64,000 bases of DNA from Octopus sinensis (Eukaryota): contig NC_043008.1 in assembly GCF_006345805.1 (NCBI RefSeq), positions 19,592,001 to 19,656,000 of the forward strand, in the 5' to 3' direction. Every line of letters starts with the position of its first letter. Position 1 is the first letter of the stretch. Of this stretch, positions 1 through 13,878 are shown in pieces. The notes under the pieces are model-generated. The model had not been told where the DNA came from and made no database searches. It was given only the letters and a program-made list of their open reading frames with translations. Both the position numbers and the translations under genes were made by a program.

Positions 1-96
1 GAAGACTTTTTCAATTCCTGAGCATTATACTAATACATCTGTTTGTTTTGTACACCACCTGTCTTCGTTTTCTGGATTTTTCGTGAACTGTCCCCC

Positions 97-131
<35 letters not shown>

Positions 132-132
<1 letters not shown>

Positions 133-488
133 GTGGTAAGTAGCTTGCTTACCAACCACATGGTCCCATCGCGTGCCACCTTGGGCAGGTGTCTTCTACT
201 GTAGCTTCGGCCCGATCAAAGCCTTGTGAGTGGATTTGGCAGACGGAAAGTGAAAGAAGCCCGTCGTATATATGTATATGTGTGTGTGTATATGTTTGCG
301 TCTCTGTGTTTGTGCCTCCAACACCACTTGACAACCGATGCTGGTGTGTTTACGTCCCCGTAACTTAGCGGTTCGGCAAGTAGCCCGATAGAATAAGTAC
401 TAGGCTTACAAAGAATAAGTCCTGGGGTCGACTAGTTCGACTAAAGGTGGTGCTCCTGTATGTCCGTAGTCAAATAACTGAAACAAGT
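132..488 (+). mobile_element. SINE family A (tRNA-like head, CORE-like ccttgggcaagtgtctt, internal TA/TG tract, aagtaaaagag tail)
   Basis: Near-identical to copies at 19702, 35890, 58986, 59630, 61363. Confidence 0.9.
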
Positions 489-1023
489 TAAAATATATAT
501 ACATAGAGAGAGAGAGAAAGGGAGAGGGAGAGAGATAGCAAGAGAGAGAAAGGGAAACATATATATAGAGAGAGAGGTGGAGGTTTTTGTTTTTTAAAAT
601 TGATCCGCCTCCGATTCTCTATTCAAAAGCACAGTTCTTCCTCTTCATATCATAATATCAATTCTATTCATTTCGCGCCGTTTTTTTCGGTTCACAGGGA
701 GTTTCCATATCGTTTACAGATGAGATCTAGCTGCTTATTAAATTATCTGGAACTGCTTCTGCGTATTGTCTTTCAATAAACAAGTTGGCGGCATGTATCT
801 AATTAGTTAGATAACAGTTAACGTGTGTGGGTAGAAAAATATAAGTTTACATGCGTGCGTTTAATCAACATATCTAGAAAATTAAATAGTACGAAACTGC
901 CTCATTACTTCTGTTGATTAATACTACTGTCAACGAATGTTCTGTTATGTAAATGAAGGCAATCGATAGCTGCTTCACATAGCATGTTTTGCAATGTGTG
1001 TAAGAGAGCATATTATTATGTAG

Positions 1024-1100
1024 AATAATATTAGCATCCTCATGTTGTTGTTAAGCAACGATTTTCAGCGTCAGGATTTTACAGAAATCCTTAAAGATAT
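1024..1100 (+). CDS. Candidate upstream exon (NNISILMLLLSNDFQRQDFTEILKD)
   Basis: Donor GTAAGT at 1101; open frame from AG at 1022-1023 (alternative AG at 1067-1068); no firm phase partner found. Confidence 0.2.
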
Positions 1101-2445
1101 GTAAGTGTCCATTGTTTGTCTAAACAATTAATCATTCCTTTTCACTCGCACAATCCGCTCATTCTCTCAATAATAATCCAAGGAATTATCTATATATTCT
1201 CACTTAAGTGATATGTCAATATTTCCAACAACGATGTTGTAAGCGACCTTGATCTAAGAGCGAGAGAACCTCTTAAACCGATTCTGCCATATAGAAGTTT
1301 AAAGAGGTGACACTTATCAGGTACCAAAGAAGGATTTAGCTACAGTCAAAGAGTAAAAAGAAACTAGTTTCAATCGTTACTGTAAGGATAATGGCAACAT
1401 CATGTTTCCGTATCAAATAAGATTTTAAACATCCGGATTAGGTAACATGAAAATATACTTCATCTCTTCGCTGTTGAAACAAATATATTCTTGGATGATA
1501 AAACTGAACAGCACTCTGTTACATAACATCGAAGAAAAAATCTAAATTTAATTAAAAGGAGTTGTATCAAGTGCGTATTGTAAGCATCTAGATGGAGTGC
1601 AAAAATAGAAGATATTAATTTTTCTCCCATATATAATATATTGATACAGTTAGTATATAACTGCTCAGAAGAAGCTCATTATTGCATTAAAACATATGAA
1701 GTCAAGAGAAGCAAAATCCGTTTTCGGAAATCCTTTGTACGATTTAAAAAAAAAAAATTATTATTACATTTGTAGACATTTAATTTGGACTCTGATGTCA
1801 TATAACCATTCCATTGTTAAAAATGCCTAAATATATGTGAGCTGTGAGATACGTTCTAATATGTTTTGTTAGGAAAATGCATTTTAATAAATGTGAATTC
1901 CTATTCCTGAACGCATGGCCTCTAGGTTTGTAGATGAGGGAGATTTATAATCCCTCTACACCCTCAAATCTATGTACACGTCATTAAAACAACTAAATGT
2001 AATTATACACACGCTTATCTATAGCAATGAATGTAAATTTCTGTGCGTATGTCCTCGTGACTTCCTGACATTTAAACTCAGTTCCCTGAGGGTTTATCAT
2101 TACAAGCGACAAATTTGGACTCAAAATAAACCGGGTCGTGTTTATATATTACTTTGGTCTGTCGCTCTGCAGTGCACATTCAGAATATCCTATGGCATCT
2201 TTAGTTCTTATGAGTAGAAATGTGTGTACTAAGAGATATAACGAATGAAAACATAAGTATAGTGAGCAAACAAGATATATGTTGCTTGAGGAATTATAGT
2301 TAACTAATTAAGAAATTGGATGACAGGCAGTGAGGCAGGTGGTTGTAAAGCATTCTTCATATTGTTTTTGGACATAAATTCTTTCTTCCCATACTAAATT
2401 CCATAATACAGTTTCTTCAAAATGATTCCATTCTCCAAGAAGAGA

Positions 2446-2860
2446 CGGCGAGCTGGCAGAAACGTTAGCACGCCGGGTGAAATGCTTAACGGTATTTCGT
2501 CTGTCGCTACGTTCTGAGTTCAAATTCCGCCGAAGTCGACTTTGCCTTTTATTCTTTCGGGGTCGATTAAATAAGTACCAGTTACGCACTGGGGTCGATA
2601 TAATCGACTTAATCTGTTTGTTTGTTCTTGTTTGTCCTCTCTGTGTTTAGCCCCTTGTGGGTAGTAAAGAGATAGGTATTTTGTCTGCCGCTACGTTCTG
2701 AGTTCTAATTCCGCCGAGGTAGACTTTGCCTTTCATCCTTTCGGGGTCGATAAATTAAGTACCAGTTGCGCACTGGGGGTCGATGTAATCGACTTAATCC
2801 GTCTGTCTGTTCTTGTTTGTCCCCTCTATGTTTAGCCCCTTGTGGGCAATAAATAAATAA
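2446..2860 (+). mobile_element. SINE family B with duplicated 3' half
   Basis: ggcgagctggcagaaacgttagc head; the tacgttctgagttc..aattccgccga..ggggtcgat block occurs twice. Confidence 0.9.
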
Positions 2861-3462
2861 GAAGGGATCATTCTAGAATTATATCATGAGTCGGCTAATC
2901 GTTTCTTAAAGCAGTTTTTGCTCAAGTAGTTGAAATTAAATTGCGCGAACTGTAAAAATTACATATTATTATCATAGGAACAACGTTAGAAATGTTGTAC
3001 GTACGAATATTTAAATAAGAATCTTGTAAAACGATACCAGGCTGATACCTTTTCTACCTGTTATATTCCACCGTACACTTTTGCCGAACAGCTAGGTTAC
3101 AGGAACATAAACAAAACAGCACCGGTTGTCAAGCAGTGGGGGACTATTACAGACTAAAAGACACAAAAAAACACACACAAATACAGACGACGGGCTTCAA
3201 CAGGGTTTCAGTCTTCCAAATTCACTTTCGAGACGTTGGCCGGCACGAGTCTATTGTAGAAGATACTTGCCCTAGCTACCACGCAAATGTGGCTGCAAAT
3301 TGAGCTTCAGAACCAGAGAGCCATGTCTGCACCTATAACGAAATTAATACAAAATTCACGTCCACAATAGTCAAAGCTTGTAAGTTTCACTAAAAAGCTG
3401 AGTGTCATTCCAATGGAGTTTTAACAGGATTGAGGGTAAGATATGATATGTTGAAAATTTAG

Positions 3463-3543
3463 ACTGGACAAATTACAAAACCTCAGCGGTACCCAAGGGT
3501 TCAGGACTTCGGGTAAACTATCGACATGACAAACTTACGTGTG
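3463..3543 (+). CDS. Candidate upstream ectodomain exon (xWTNYKTSAVPKGSGLRVNYRHDKLTC)
   Basis: tttAG acceptor, G|GTAAGT donor, 81 nt, only the phase 1 to 1 frame is open. Confidence 0.35.
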
Positions 3544-3780
3544 GTAAGTTACATTTATGCAACGAAGAAATCGCTGCTGTTATCTCGTGTCATTTTTATG
3601 AGATTCTTCTCTTCAACGTTCTCACTTAGAGTCCAAATTATATCAGCTGTCAACAGAAACTTGTCAGGAAGATTGGTCTGAGAGAAATATTTTGACTAGT
3701 AAATACATGATAATCTGTAAGCCAAATCTTGCGTTCATAGTCATAACAATTAAGTGGTTGAAAAACAACGGCAATATTCT

Positions 3781-4150
3781 TATTACCACCGCATTGGCGA
3801 AGGCGGAGGTATTGTTTTCAGTCGTGTTTGTTTGTTTCTTTGTCCGTGGACAAAATATCTCAAGAACCGCTGGTTGGATTCAGATGAAACTTTCAGAGAT
3901 ATTTGGTATCGTTACTGGCACCAACTGATTAGGTTTGGGGATCGATCCTGTACCGGACAAGGATTCTGGATTATTTTCCGGTTCTTTTCTTAGTTTTTGA
4001 GAGTGTTCAGGTTCAGTTTTAGTATTCCCGTTTGTGAAAGCAGTCGAGTTTATTTCAGATATTCTCATTTTAAAAGTCATCGCCGTTAATTGTTGAGAGG
4101 ACGTTGGTGTTGCCTTGGTGAAGGTTTGTTTTTTCTGAGTGCTCTTGTTT
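3781..4150 (+). mobile_element. Helentron-associated HINE/DINE-1-like non-autonomous element
   Basis: 5' tattaccaccgc...gcggaggta hairpin, gtttgtttgttt tract, and 3' gccttggtgaaggtttg...gtgctcttgttt, an architecture I recall from HINE elements. Confidence 0.5.
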
Positions 4151-4310
4151 ATATTTAGTTACAATATAACAGTACGCATATCATGCTTTGATACACAATG
4201 ATGTATTATTATTAACTAGTAATTGGAATCAAAATATAAGAATTAGATTAGGTCATATATTGTGACCTAATCACAATATTTAATGCACATATATTGTGCA
4301 TTAAATTTAA

Positions 4311-4346
<36 letters not shown>

Positions 4347-6311
4347 ACACACATACACACATGTATATATGGATTTGGATATGCAGGCAACCAGTTTTTC
4401 AATTATTCTATCGATAGTAGAATGGACGTGTAAAATGTTCTGATTGTAGCCAGGTCAATGTGAACAGAAATAGCATTAGAATATCACATTAGAATATTGC
4501 ATAAAAGTTAAGAGTCTCCGCTAGTGCAGTATTGTTCACACTATCGATCATCTGATTATATCTAATGGATTGCTTCCTCGTTTTTCTTCTCTATCTCACT
4601 ACGGACATGAAAGTGTTGCGTGCGCAGTGTTTTCTTTTTTCAGTTTGGCATTTGTATATTAACAAGAGCTCATACCTTAATTCGCTCAACAGCTTAAAAT
4701 TGCATCCTTTTATTGTCGGTGATCTATCAACGCAAAATGAGGAATAGATCTCCAATGCTGAATAATGAAAACCAATATCCGTCTATTTGACAAGATATGA
4801 ATGAAATCCAGTTCTTTCAGAGTTATTCGCGGTTTGTATCTGTACATTTTATCACTTTTTCGTGTTGGACACAATGATGGCAATACATGAATTATAGCAA
4901 CATTTTTCGTTCATTGTATCTACATATGAAAGTTGATTAATATAGACGCAAAATGAAAATGAATGAACATATTCTGTAGTATTGTCTGTCACGACACATG
5001 TTAAGTATAATAAAGAAGTGTGTACGCAAATATTGGTTCCTAGATATCAACTCCAAGCTAAGAGGTGTTTTCTTCTTCAGTCAGTAATAAGTGTAAGATT
5101 TCTCACCAATATACCGGCTCTATAGATGATATATTCTATAAGATTTCTATAACGTACTTAATACATTAAGTTCCGGCATAGATAATACATTTACATACCA
5201 TTTACGGCTATTTTTCCCCCTCCATATTTATCATGTCTGGCGGAAATATTTATACATTGAAAAAGATTTACATTGACTATTACATAATTATGTACTTAAT
5301 ATATATATATATATATAGAAATAGTGAAGCTGTTGTTCCAAATTTTCCAAATATATCATTCATGCAACAGTAATTTTAATGATTTCTTGTTGGTTGGTTT
5401 CTATTTATTCATAAAAATTTGCTGTAACTTATCATATTACATTATATTAAGATATCGACTCACTTCTCAACTGGTCACGAAGTGATAGTATAGGGCGACG
5501 AAAGCAAAATGTCTTACACTCCATTGTGTGTTCCACAAAAAAACTGTTAAACTGTTAAATATGATAAAAAAAGGCGTCTGAGATTATTATGATGGAGTTA
5601 CACATTTTGATGACGAGGAATGGTTTTCCTGAGTAACGGAATTGTTCAAAGATAAGAAAAGAAAAATAAGACTGACAATTGAGGTAAATGGGAAGCTACT
5701 ATTGCATGTATACGGTAGGAACTCAGAACTAACCATTGCCATACACGAAAAACTTGTGAATACAAAGTGGGTAGGAAATGTCTTCTTGGTCGAAAGACAA
5801 GATGATTGTATCTTCATTAAGGAGTCATTATAAGGTTGAAACTTCAGTCAAGTCCCGCGATACGATTGCCGAGGGATAAAACGCAGTAAATTGCATAAGA
5901 CCGCAAAAATGATGCGAGAAGATAAAACAATAAATTCATAGCCTCGTAAATGAAAACGAATAATAAATTCATTGTTAGCTAATCAGTTTGAAGTATGTAA
6001 ATGGAATCTTTTTGCTACATGAGTATTGAACAACCGTCAAATTTTAATTAGCTTTTAATGAACGTGTTTGCAAAGTTTGAGGCTATCTTTGGCTCAGCTG
6101 TTTGAAATCATAGCGATTATACAAAACCGGAAAGTAGCCATGTCTATCATACATTTTTGCCACCCAATCTTCTTGGTAAACGTAAAATATTGTTGTATGT
6201 CTTAATGTTTCAATACCTGACAAAATAGATAGAAATATTGCTTCGATCAATATACATAAATGCATGTATAGATCCGAACATACACAGACATATGCATACA
6301 CAAACAGACAG

Positions 6312-6360
<49 letters not shown>

Positions 6361-7349
6361 GAGTTAATTACTAAATGAAATCATAAATAAGAAAGCGAAT
6401 TAATAAGAAAGCGAAAGGTGATTGAAAATCGGTCAAAATGAGAAAATGAGAAAATAATTCAAGCTAAAAACAAATCAAAGCAAAGCAAAAATCCTTTTCG
6501 ATTCGACAAAAAGGGGCAAGGGGTTCGGGAAAGATTCGAAACATACCGTTGGAATATTTACGTCAGTAATGAGGGTGAAATACAGTGGGATACGAGATAA
6601 AAGGGATCAAAAGAGAACAGCGAAGATTATATGGATGGAAAAATGCAAATGTTAATGTATATGCACGAAGGAGAACATATATGCAGACAGAAGCATACAC
6701 AGAAAAATGTGTGCGTGTGCGCGTGCGGGCGTGTGTGCGTGTGCGAATGTGTGTGTGTGTATTCGTGTGTGTGTTTGTGTGTGTGCATGTGTGCGTGCGG
6801 GTTCGTTTAGAATCGAGCTACTTTTCAACCTGCCACATTGCTTATAACGAAGGGTAAAGAGCAACAGATTGTCACACATACGGCAAGAGTGAAGCAATAG
6901 TCACCAGCGCCTAGTGTACCGAAAGCAGATACCCTCACATATTCTCAGCAGCTTCCCCAGAGTTTAACTGATAGCTGCTATCACTGCAGACATGACCAGG
7001 TACTCAATGATGTTGCAGTGTCGATAGCAACAGCCATGGAAAGCCCGTGGCTTAGTGGTTAGGGCGTTTGACTGACAATCGTGTGTTCGATTCCAGGCGG
7101 CGCGTTGTGTCATTGAGCAAAACACTTTATTTCTCGTCCCCATCAGTCTACTCATTTCGTAGAAATGGGTAGGACCTCTATTTCAAAGGGCAAGCCTGGT
7201 CATATTATGTGTCACGCTGACTCTCCTTGTGAGCTATGTTAAGGGGTACCCGTTTCTCTGAAGTGCTCAGCCACTTGCACGTTAATTATACGAGTAGGCT
7301 GTTCTATTCATTAACTGGAACCCTCATTATCATAACCGATGGAGTGTCA

Positions 7350-8400
7350 GTTTAAGAAAATAAAGCAACAGCCAATAATTCCAGTAAACACCACGTCAGG
7401 AAGGAGGCCATTTCTTTTCTCAAAGGTGAGAGCTGATCTTGTCAAAAAGTTAAAGGCCGTTGTGCACATCATGCCGACAACATTCCGCTCAGACATAGCT
7501 ATTTTCACAACTTGAATAATAAAGATGATTATGGCCATGGAAAGAACACATGGAGGGAGAAGCTAATGAAAGAAAACATACCAAGAGCTGATAGTGTTGT
7601 GAAGAAACCAAAATTAAGGGACACGCTTCGAGGCAATTAACAGACTGTTGGTGTTTCGTTGAGCGTTCTCTCTATGAGGCTATGACAAGTGTTAGAGTTA
7701 TTGGTGCGCCAATGTTGAGCGCCATAAATTCCATCATTGAAGCTACAGAGGAAACCACTTAGTTGTTTTGGGTAAAGAGGGCAGAGTGTGGTTTTCTGCT
7801 ACTAGAATGCAAGCTACGACTTGACCAACTCTGGTTGGGTCAATGGGCAAGCATATCTGACAGTGAAAACGTCCTGCTAAACCTTCGAAAGATCAATAAG
7901 TATGCCTCTCGGTGCATCTGTGAGATTTAGCTTCGAATTGAATTCCTGTGTGAGCCGGTAACCGCCTGTGATCAGCAGAACAATTATAGGGCAAATATGA
8001 GTTTTAAACTGAAGGACAAGGAGCGATGTACTAACAACATGGCATGAGTTTAGAAAAGTTCTGCTTCAGCATATGTGAAACTATCATCTCAACTTGAGAA
8101 AATAGCCAATCAAGTGGTTGGTTGCGGAAGCTTATTGAGAGAACAGTAAAGAGCACTATTGCCATCCGCAAAAGCAGCAGAGACCTTTTAGAAATGGCCT
8201 CTGAAAGTTGAGAAATTTGGATTGCAAAGCTGCTTCAAGGCTTGAGAGTATCGGCATGTTATTCCTCCCTTGTATGTGCGCCAAGTTTTATGAATTCCTG
8301 AAAGCAGTATAATAAACTATTGTCATCTTTAACAGTCTCATCATCATGGTATGGATCTTTAAAGGCGTATCTTCTCCATCTCCTCCACTTCTTTATCTGG
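7350..8400 (+). pseudogene. Heavily decayed coding-like island, possibly LINE APE endonuclease remnant
   Basis: Plus strand FSICETIIST*ENSQSSGWLRKLIERTVKSTIAIRKSS...ES*EIWIAKL...VSACYSSL loosely follows APE motif order; many stops. Confidence 0.3.
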
Positions 8401-8620
8401 TAAATTTATTTTGAGGAGATGTTATCCTGATAATGTGTATTTGCAAATCTAGACAATATAGATATAATAAATTAAAGAAGTTTATCTTTCTTGATAAATT
8501 GTAAAAAGCTCAACATAAATACTAGAAAAAGTAATAAATATGGTGAAGCTAGAGTACGGTCTTATAGCATCTCTAAAAGAAAAGCTGTTTGCTATATAGA
8601 CGACATACATACAATCACAC

Positions 8621-8711
<91 letters not shown>

Positions 8712-10213
8712 AATATTATTAGAGACAAAACCACTATTTTGCAAAACAAACAAGGAAATACTTAATCATACATAAAATTTAATAAATAGTCAATATATGT
8801 ATATATATATGTACACAGAAATAATTATACACGTATGTATGCATACTTAAAATATTTCATAGAAAATAGGCGTAAATATAGAAGAAAGCTTGAAATTATA
8901 GATTTTAATATTACCTTCAAAAACAGAAGCTGAATACAATTGTTATTCGGTTTCGAATAAATATAAATGTTAAACAAAAACTAATCGAACTACGAATAGG
9001 CTATTGTTTCCAGTTTTCAAGAGCTTCACGTGAGAAAATGTTTGTTTTAGGTTTTATTTTGTTATTCTAGAAAAGATCTTTTACAAATGAATAGTTTTCA
9101 AGACAAAAGCTACTACTTATTAAATTGAACCGTTCTAGGTGAAATATCGATTACCACAATGTCTTCGTTTCGATAACTTTGATTAAAATATTTTCACAGT
9201 ACTAAAATAATCGTAATAAGTTCTAAAGTTCTTCCAGTCTAATTCTATTTTGAGTACCAATAGTGGATGCTGATATTTACACAATTGTCTTTCCAAAAAT
9301 AATTATTTTCTCAAATGAAGACAAAAGTCATTCAATATAAGTGTATTCATAAGGCAATCGGTTTCACCCTACGATTGGCATTTCTGTTTACGGCTACAAA
9401 ACATTTCAGTTTCCAAACAATTACTGTCAATCCACAAAGCTCGTATGAGACCACAGTGGACTATTGACCCGCATCTGGAACCCTACTGCCAGCGCTGTTT
9501 CCCTTTCGGACATATCTAGATTGTATCCAGTGAAAGACACTACTTGATTGATTGGCATATTAATTAAACATGGGGGTACTCTAGAACGTTGCATACAGTA
9601 TTGCTGTTTCGCCCTTCTCGCTTTCTCAATCTCTCTTCCCATTTCTCTCAATAATATAATGGATTATGCTGCTCGGCACTTCTTGAAATCATTCCATTTA
9701 AACAAACCCGATGTTTTCATTACTCCTCTCTTCATACAAACGTATGTTCAACATCAAGAGCGAATATATTTACGTGGAACACTAATGAACCACAATGTCC
9801 CCAGTTTCGAAGGCTTTCTGAATATCACTAGTACTGTCTCATTCACAGCTATGAACGTGTAAGGAAGAATAACACATGTGGTGTAATTCAGCAATTTCTG
9901 ACGCATATACTTGCATTCAGTTATTTTCAAATAATTACTAACATGTCTTGAAAGATAGTCCAATAACGAAATACATATATGAATACATAAATATATACAT
10001 AATACATACATACCTATAGATGTATGTAATTATAAATGAATAACTATATATCTGTGTGTGTGTTTGCATATGTGCCTGTGTATGCATACCGTCCGGATAC
10101 TTATTGATCATACCTCCTACATAATATATTTACATACATACATTCATTCATACATACATACATACATACATACATACATACATACATCTCTCTCTCTCTC
10201 TATGTGTGTATAT

Positions 10214-10259
<46 letters not shown>

Positions 10260-10473
10260 GAGCGTGGCTTAGTGGTTGAGATATTCGGCTCACGGTCATA
10301 AGGTCGTGAGTTCGCTTCCCAGCGACGCGTTGTGTCCTTGAGCAAGACACTTTCTTTCATGCTGCTGAAGTCCACTCATCCGGCAAAAATGAGTAGTACC
10401 TGTGTTAGAAAGAGCCAACCTTGTCACACACTAAATGTGTAAATAAATATGTAAATACGCACACACACACACT

Positions 10474-10513
<40 letters not shown>

Positions 10514-10705
10514 CATATATACACATATGTATACACACACACACATATATATATATATACGCACATATATATACACGTAAACGAATGTTAAGAATTTTAA
10601 TATGTCGATTACGTCCATCAACATAAATGAAGTGTTCTTTGCAACTGGGTTGCTTAATAATTAATTCATTTGTTGCTATGTATATTAATATAGGAGCTTC
10701 TTCAG

Positions 10706-10737
10706 GTGATCCATTTTGTCCCTCTATTTTGCCTGAG
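10706..10737 (+). CDS. Candidate small exon (GDPFCPSILPE; possible extension from 10694)
   Basis: cttcttcAG acceptor, AG|GTAAAT donor, phase 1 to 0, which would bridge the 3463 exon to exon A. Confidence 0.35.
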
Positions 10738-11718
10738 GTAAATCTATGTCTTCCATTTAAAACCCTTAGCGAACGAGACAACAAAGAATAGAACGTGTTC
10801 GTGTACTCTGTGAGTGGGAGTCAGTTTCGTATTTAGTTTCAATAAATATTGCAAATAAATCGACAAATCCTCCTTACTCACCTTTATTCTAAGGTGTTAC
10901 ACTAAACCAGTTATTTATCAAGTATATTTTAAGCTCAATTCCTATATGGATTTATTCCATAATTTTAAGTGCATAAACTGTATTACATTATAGTTTTTGC
11001 ACATCACCCTATCAACACTAGGAGTACGCAATTTCATCCAACACACTTCAGACATTACGCCTTTTATGCAACCTGGGGTATCCGATTGAATAAGGATCTT
11101 AATAACTGTGATAGCATACAAAGTGTTGCTTTGAACAAGAAGGACATGCGTTTCTGTTATGTTCTAGCTTTTTTAGATATTCTGTTTGCCCTACTTCTAA
11201 CTAAACATGAATGGGTCTTTTTAAAAGTTTGCGCTACAGCAGAGTATGTATTTAATATACGTTGAATTTTCGCTGCCCAAAAGGCCAATTCTCATGTTGG
11301 GGTTACCTGTAAATCTTTATCCATGCTTCTGCTTTATGCATCAGAAAAAAAAAAACACACACAGATTAATGTAGTACATGATGTTTTCGAGGATTAACAG
11401 TTCCTGGTTCTTATTGTTGCATCAATTTCGTATCGTTTCCGTGAGCCTTGATCATTGACTTCAAATTTATCCACTCACCTGCATATATGCATACATACTT
11501 ACATGTGCTGAGTTTGATTTGAGAACATAATCTTTTGTGGAGAATGGCGATTTGACGTCTATATCTAGCATGTTGACTGTCCACCTTAATTGGTATATAT
11601 AAATATTTTAATCTTCGGATTCTTTTTTAATATGCTAGACCACTGGTTTTAATTGATAAATATCAATTTCTACTCTTAATTAATTTTATATATATATATA
11701 TATATAAACATATATATA

Positions 11719-11788
<70 letters not shown>

Positions 11789-12474
11789 TATATATACACA
11801 TGTATATATATACATGTATATATATGTGTATGTCCTTATATATGTGTGAATTCCAATGAGGATTCCGATAGAATCAGGTACTTGAAAATTTATGTGCTAA
11901 CTAAGGTTGAGAAATGTCTATGGTTCCGGTATATGGTTATGAGTCGAAATATCCGATAGAATATTTGGGTTCTAAACACAAAGAAAACCAAATCTATGAG
12001 TATTTCGCGACTAAGCGGCTGGTCCAAATTACGCGAAACTTTGTAGTAAGTTGTTGTTATAGTTTTGAGTGTCTGACAAGTCGTATTTTGCTTGGTGTAT
12101 TGCAATTAAATATATAACATGCAATTATCAATCGTAAGTTATTATTCATTTGATATATATATATATATATATATATGTATAACTCAGTGGTTATGGCAGC
12201 GGACTCGCGGGCGTAGGGTCGCAGTTTCGGTTCCCAGACCGGTCGTTGTGAGAGTTTATTGAGCGAAAACACCTAAAACTTCACGAGGGTCCGGCAGTGG
12301 GTGGTGGCGATCCCTGCTGTACTCTTTCGCCACAACTTTCTCTCACTCTTTCTTCTGTAGACCTGCTCGCTTAGCCAGCGGGGTGGCGTCGTTTGAAAGC
12401 TAAAACAATTCGAAGCGCATAGTGAGCAGCGATGTATAGCAACATTTGATAGCCTGGGGGGTTACGTGATGGTG

Positions 12475-12513
<39 letters not shown>

Positions 12514-13295
12514 TGACAATATTTATCATAAGATTATAAGCATTTATTTGTAACTGCCTTCTCTAACACCAGTAGGCATTATTTATATATTTTACTTTAT
12601 GAGGGTTCTGAGAAAAAACTACCGGATTCAAAAGCCACGCACCCTGCATATAGATATGTATTTTGCGCATTATTAATACAGACAAATATTCCGTAAAACA
12701 GCAGCCCTTATCACAGGAAAATGCACGAATTTACGATGATTTTAAGTGTATCATGAGCCTCTTAGCTAACAACATTGGTTAATAGACCTAGAGCCAACTT
12801 CCCTTCAGATAAATTTGTATTTTGCGTTTAGACAAAAGATGCCAGTTATTATGTAGATATACGTTCTTCCTCATTGGAAAATGTAGGAAAATGTGATTTG
12901 ATTCTAATTTAACAATCCTTGGTTGTTATATGCTTCTTTGAGTTGCTTCTTTGCATATCACGATATGACATGATGCAATCAGTTACGGCAGCAATTTCTT
13001 GTAAATATATAAAAACCAGCGAACAAGTAATCATTTAATATTTAGTGGAAAATTACTGACGCATAAATGATACAACTGGGAAGTTCTTAATACCGAATTC
13101 ACTATCTCTCTCCATATGTATTTAGCAGTTAATTATATAAATGTTCGTGCCAATATAATTCATAGATAATAAGTGAAGAAATAAATAAAGGTAAATGATA
13201 TGAAACAATATTAACTCTGCTGTGACTAATTCTATTAACTACGTTATAGAAATCATCTAATGTATGCCATCTATGCAGAAAGATTATTGACGAGA

Positions 13296-13878
13296 TATTG
13301 GGTTGTCTGGAATGCTCGTGCCGATTTTTAAAGAAAAGAAAAATGTCGAAAAATACTTGCCATTACCCAAGCTTTGCTAGGGGTTTATGAACGATGGATT
13401 TTGATAGGTTGAGGCCTTCTGCCAATTCTCGGGTTGTGCAACGTGGGTTATTCTCAATTAATGACTTGGTTTGGTAATCATCTGTAGTGGATGATCTGCC
13501 TGATCGCTCTTTATCAATAAGGCTACAATCTCCAGCTCGAAAGCTTGCGTAACGCTTCCTTCCGTACAGTTCTTTCGGATAAAGAAAACATCACCGCAAA
13601 CTGTGCATATTTCTTTGGTTGCTTGTGAGGCATTTTTCCCTTTATGGAAAAAGAAAAGCATCAAGTGCCGAAAATGAACTTTCTTATCTTCCATTTTAAA
13701 GGGTTCCAGAATTATCACAGGTTATAGGAACATAAATCTTCTTCCACGAAAAGATAGCTTCAACTGCGCTCTAAATGGAGGTCTAGTCAAATCCTATTTT
13801 ATGGACGAAAACATGTTCCAAAATAAGTCGAAAGGTAAGCTACTAGAAATTGGCACGAACTTTCCGGACAACGCAATA
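13296..13878 (-). mobile_element. Internally deleted mariner element with both TIRs
   Basis: TA-TTGGGTTGTCTGGAATGCTCGTGCCGATTT and AAATTGGCACGAACTTTCCGGACAACGCAA-TA are imperfect inverted repeats; minus strand MEDKKVHFRHLMLFFFHKGKNASQATKEIC is a Mos1-like N-terminus. Confidence 0.85.

Noticed and set aside
12183-12260. tRNA-like box A/box B sequences (also 17614, 21880-21942, 31455, 33766)
   Set aside because: They continue into shared multicopy SINE bodies and lack complete cloverleaf structures; SINE heads, not tRNA genes.
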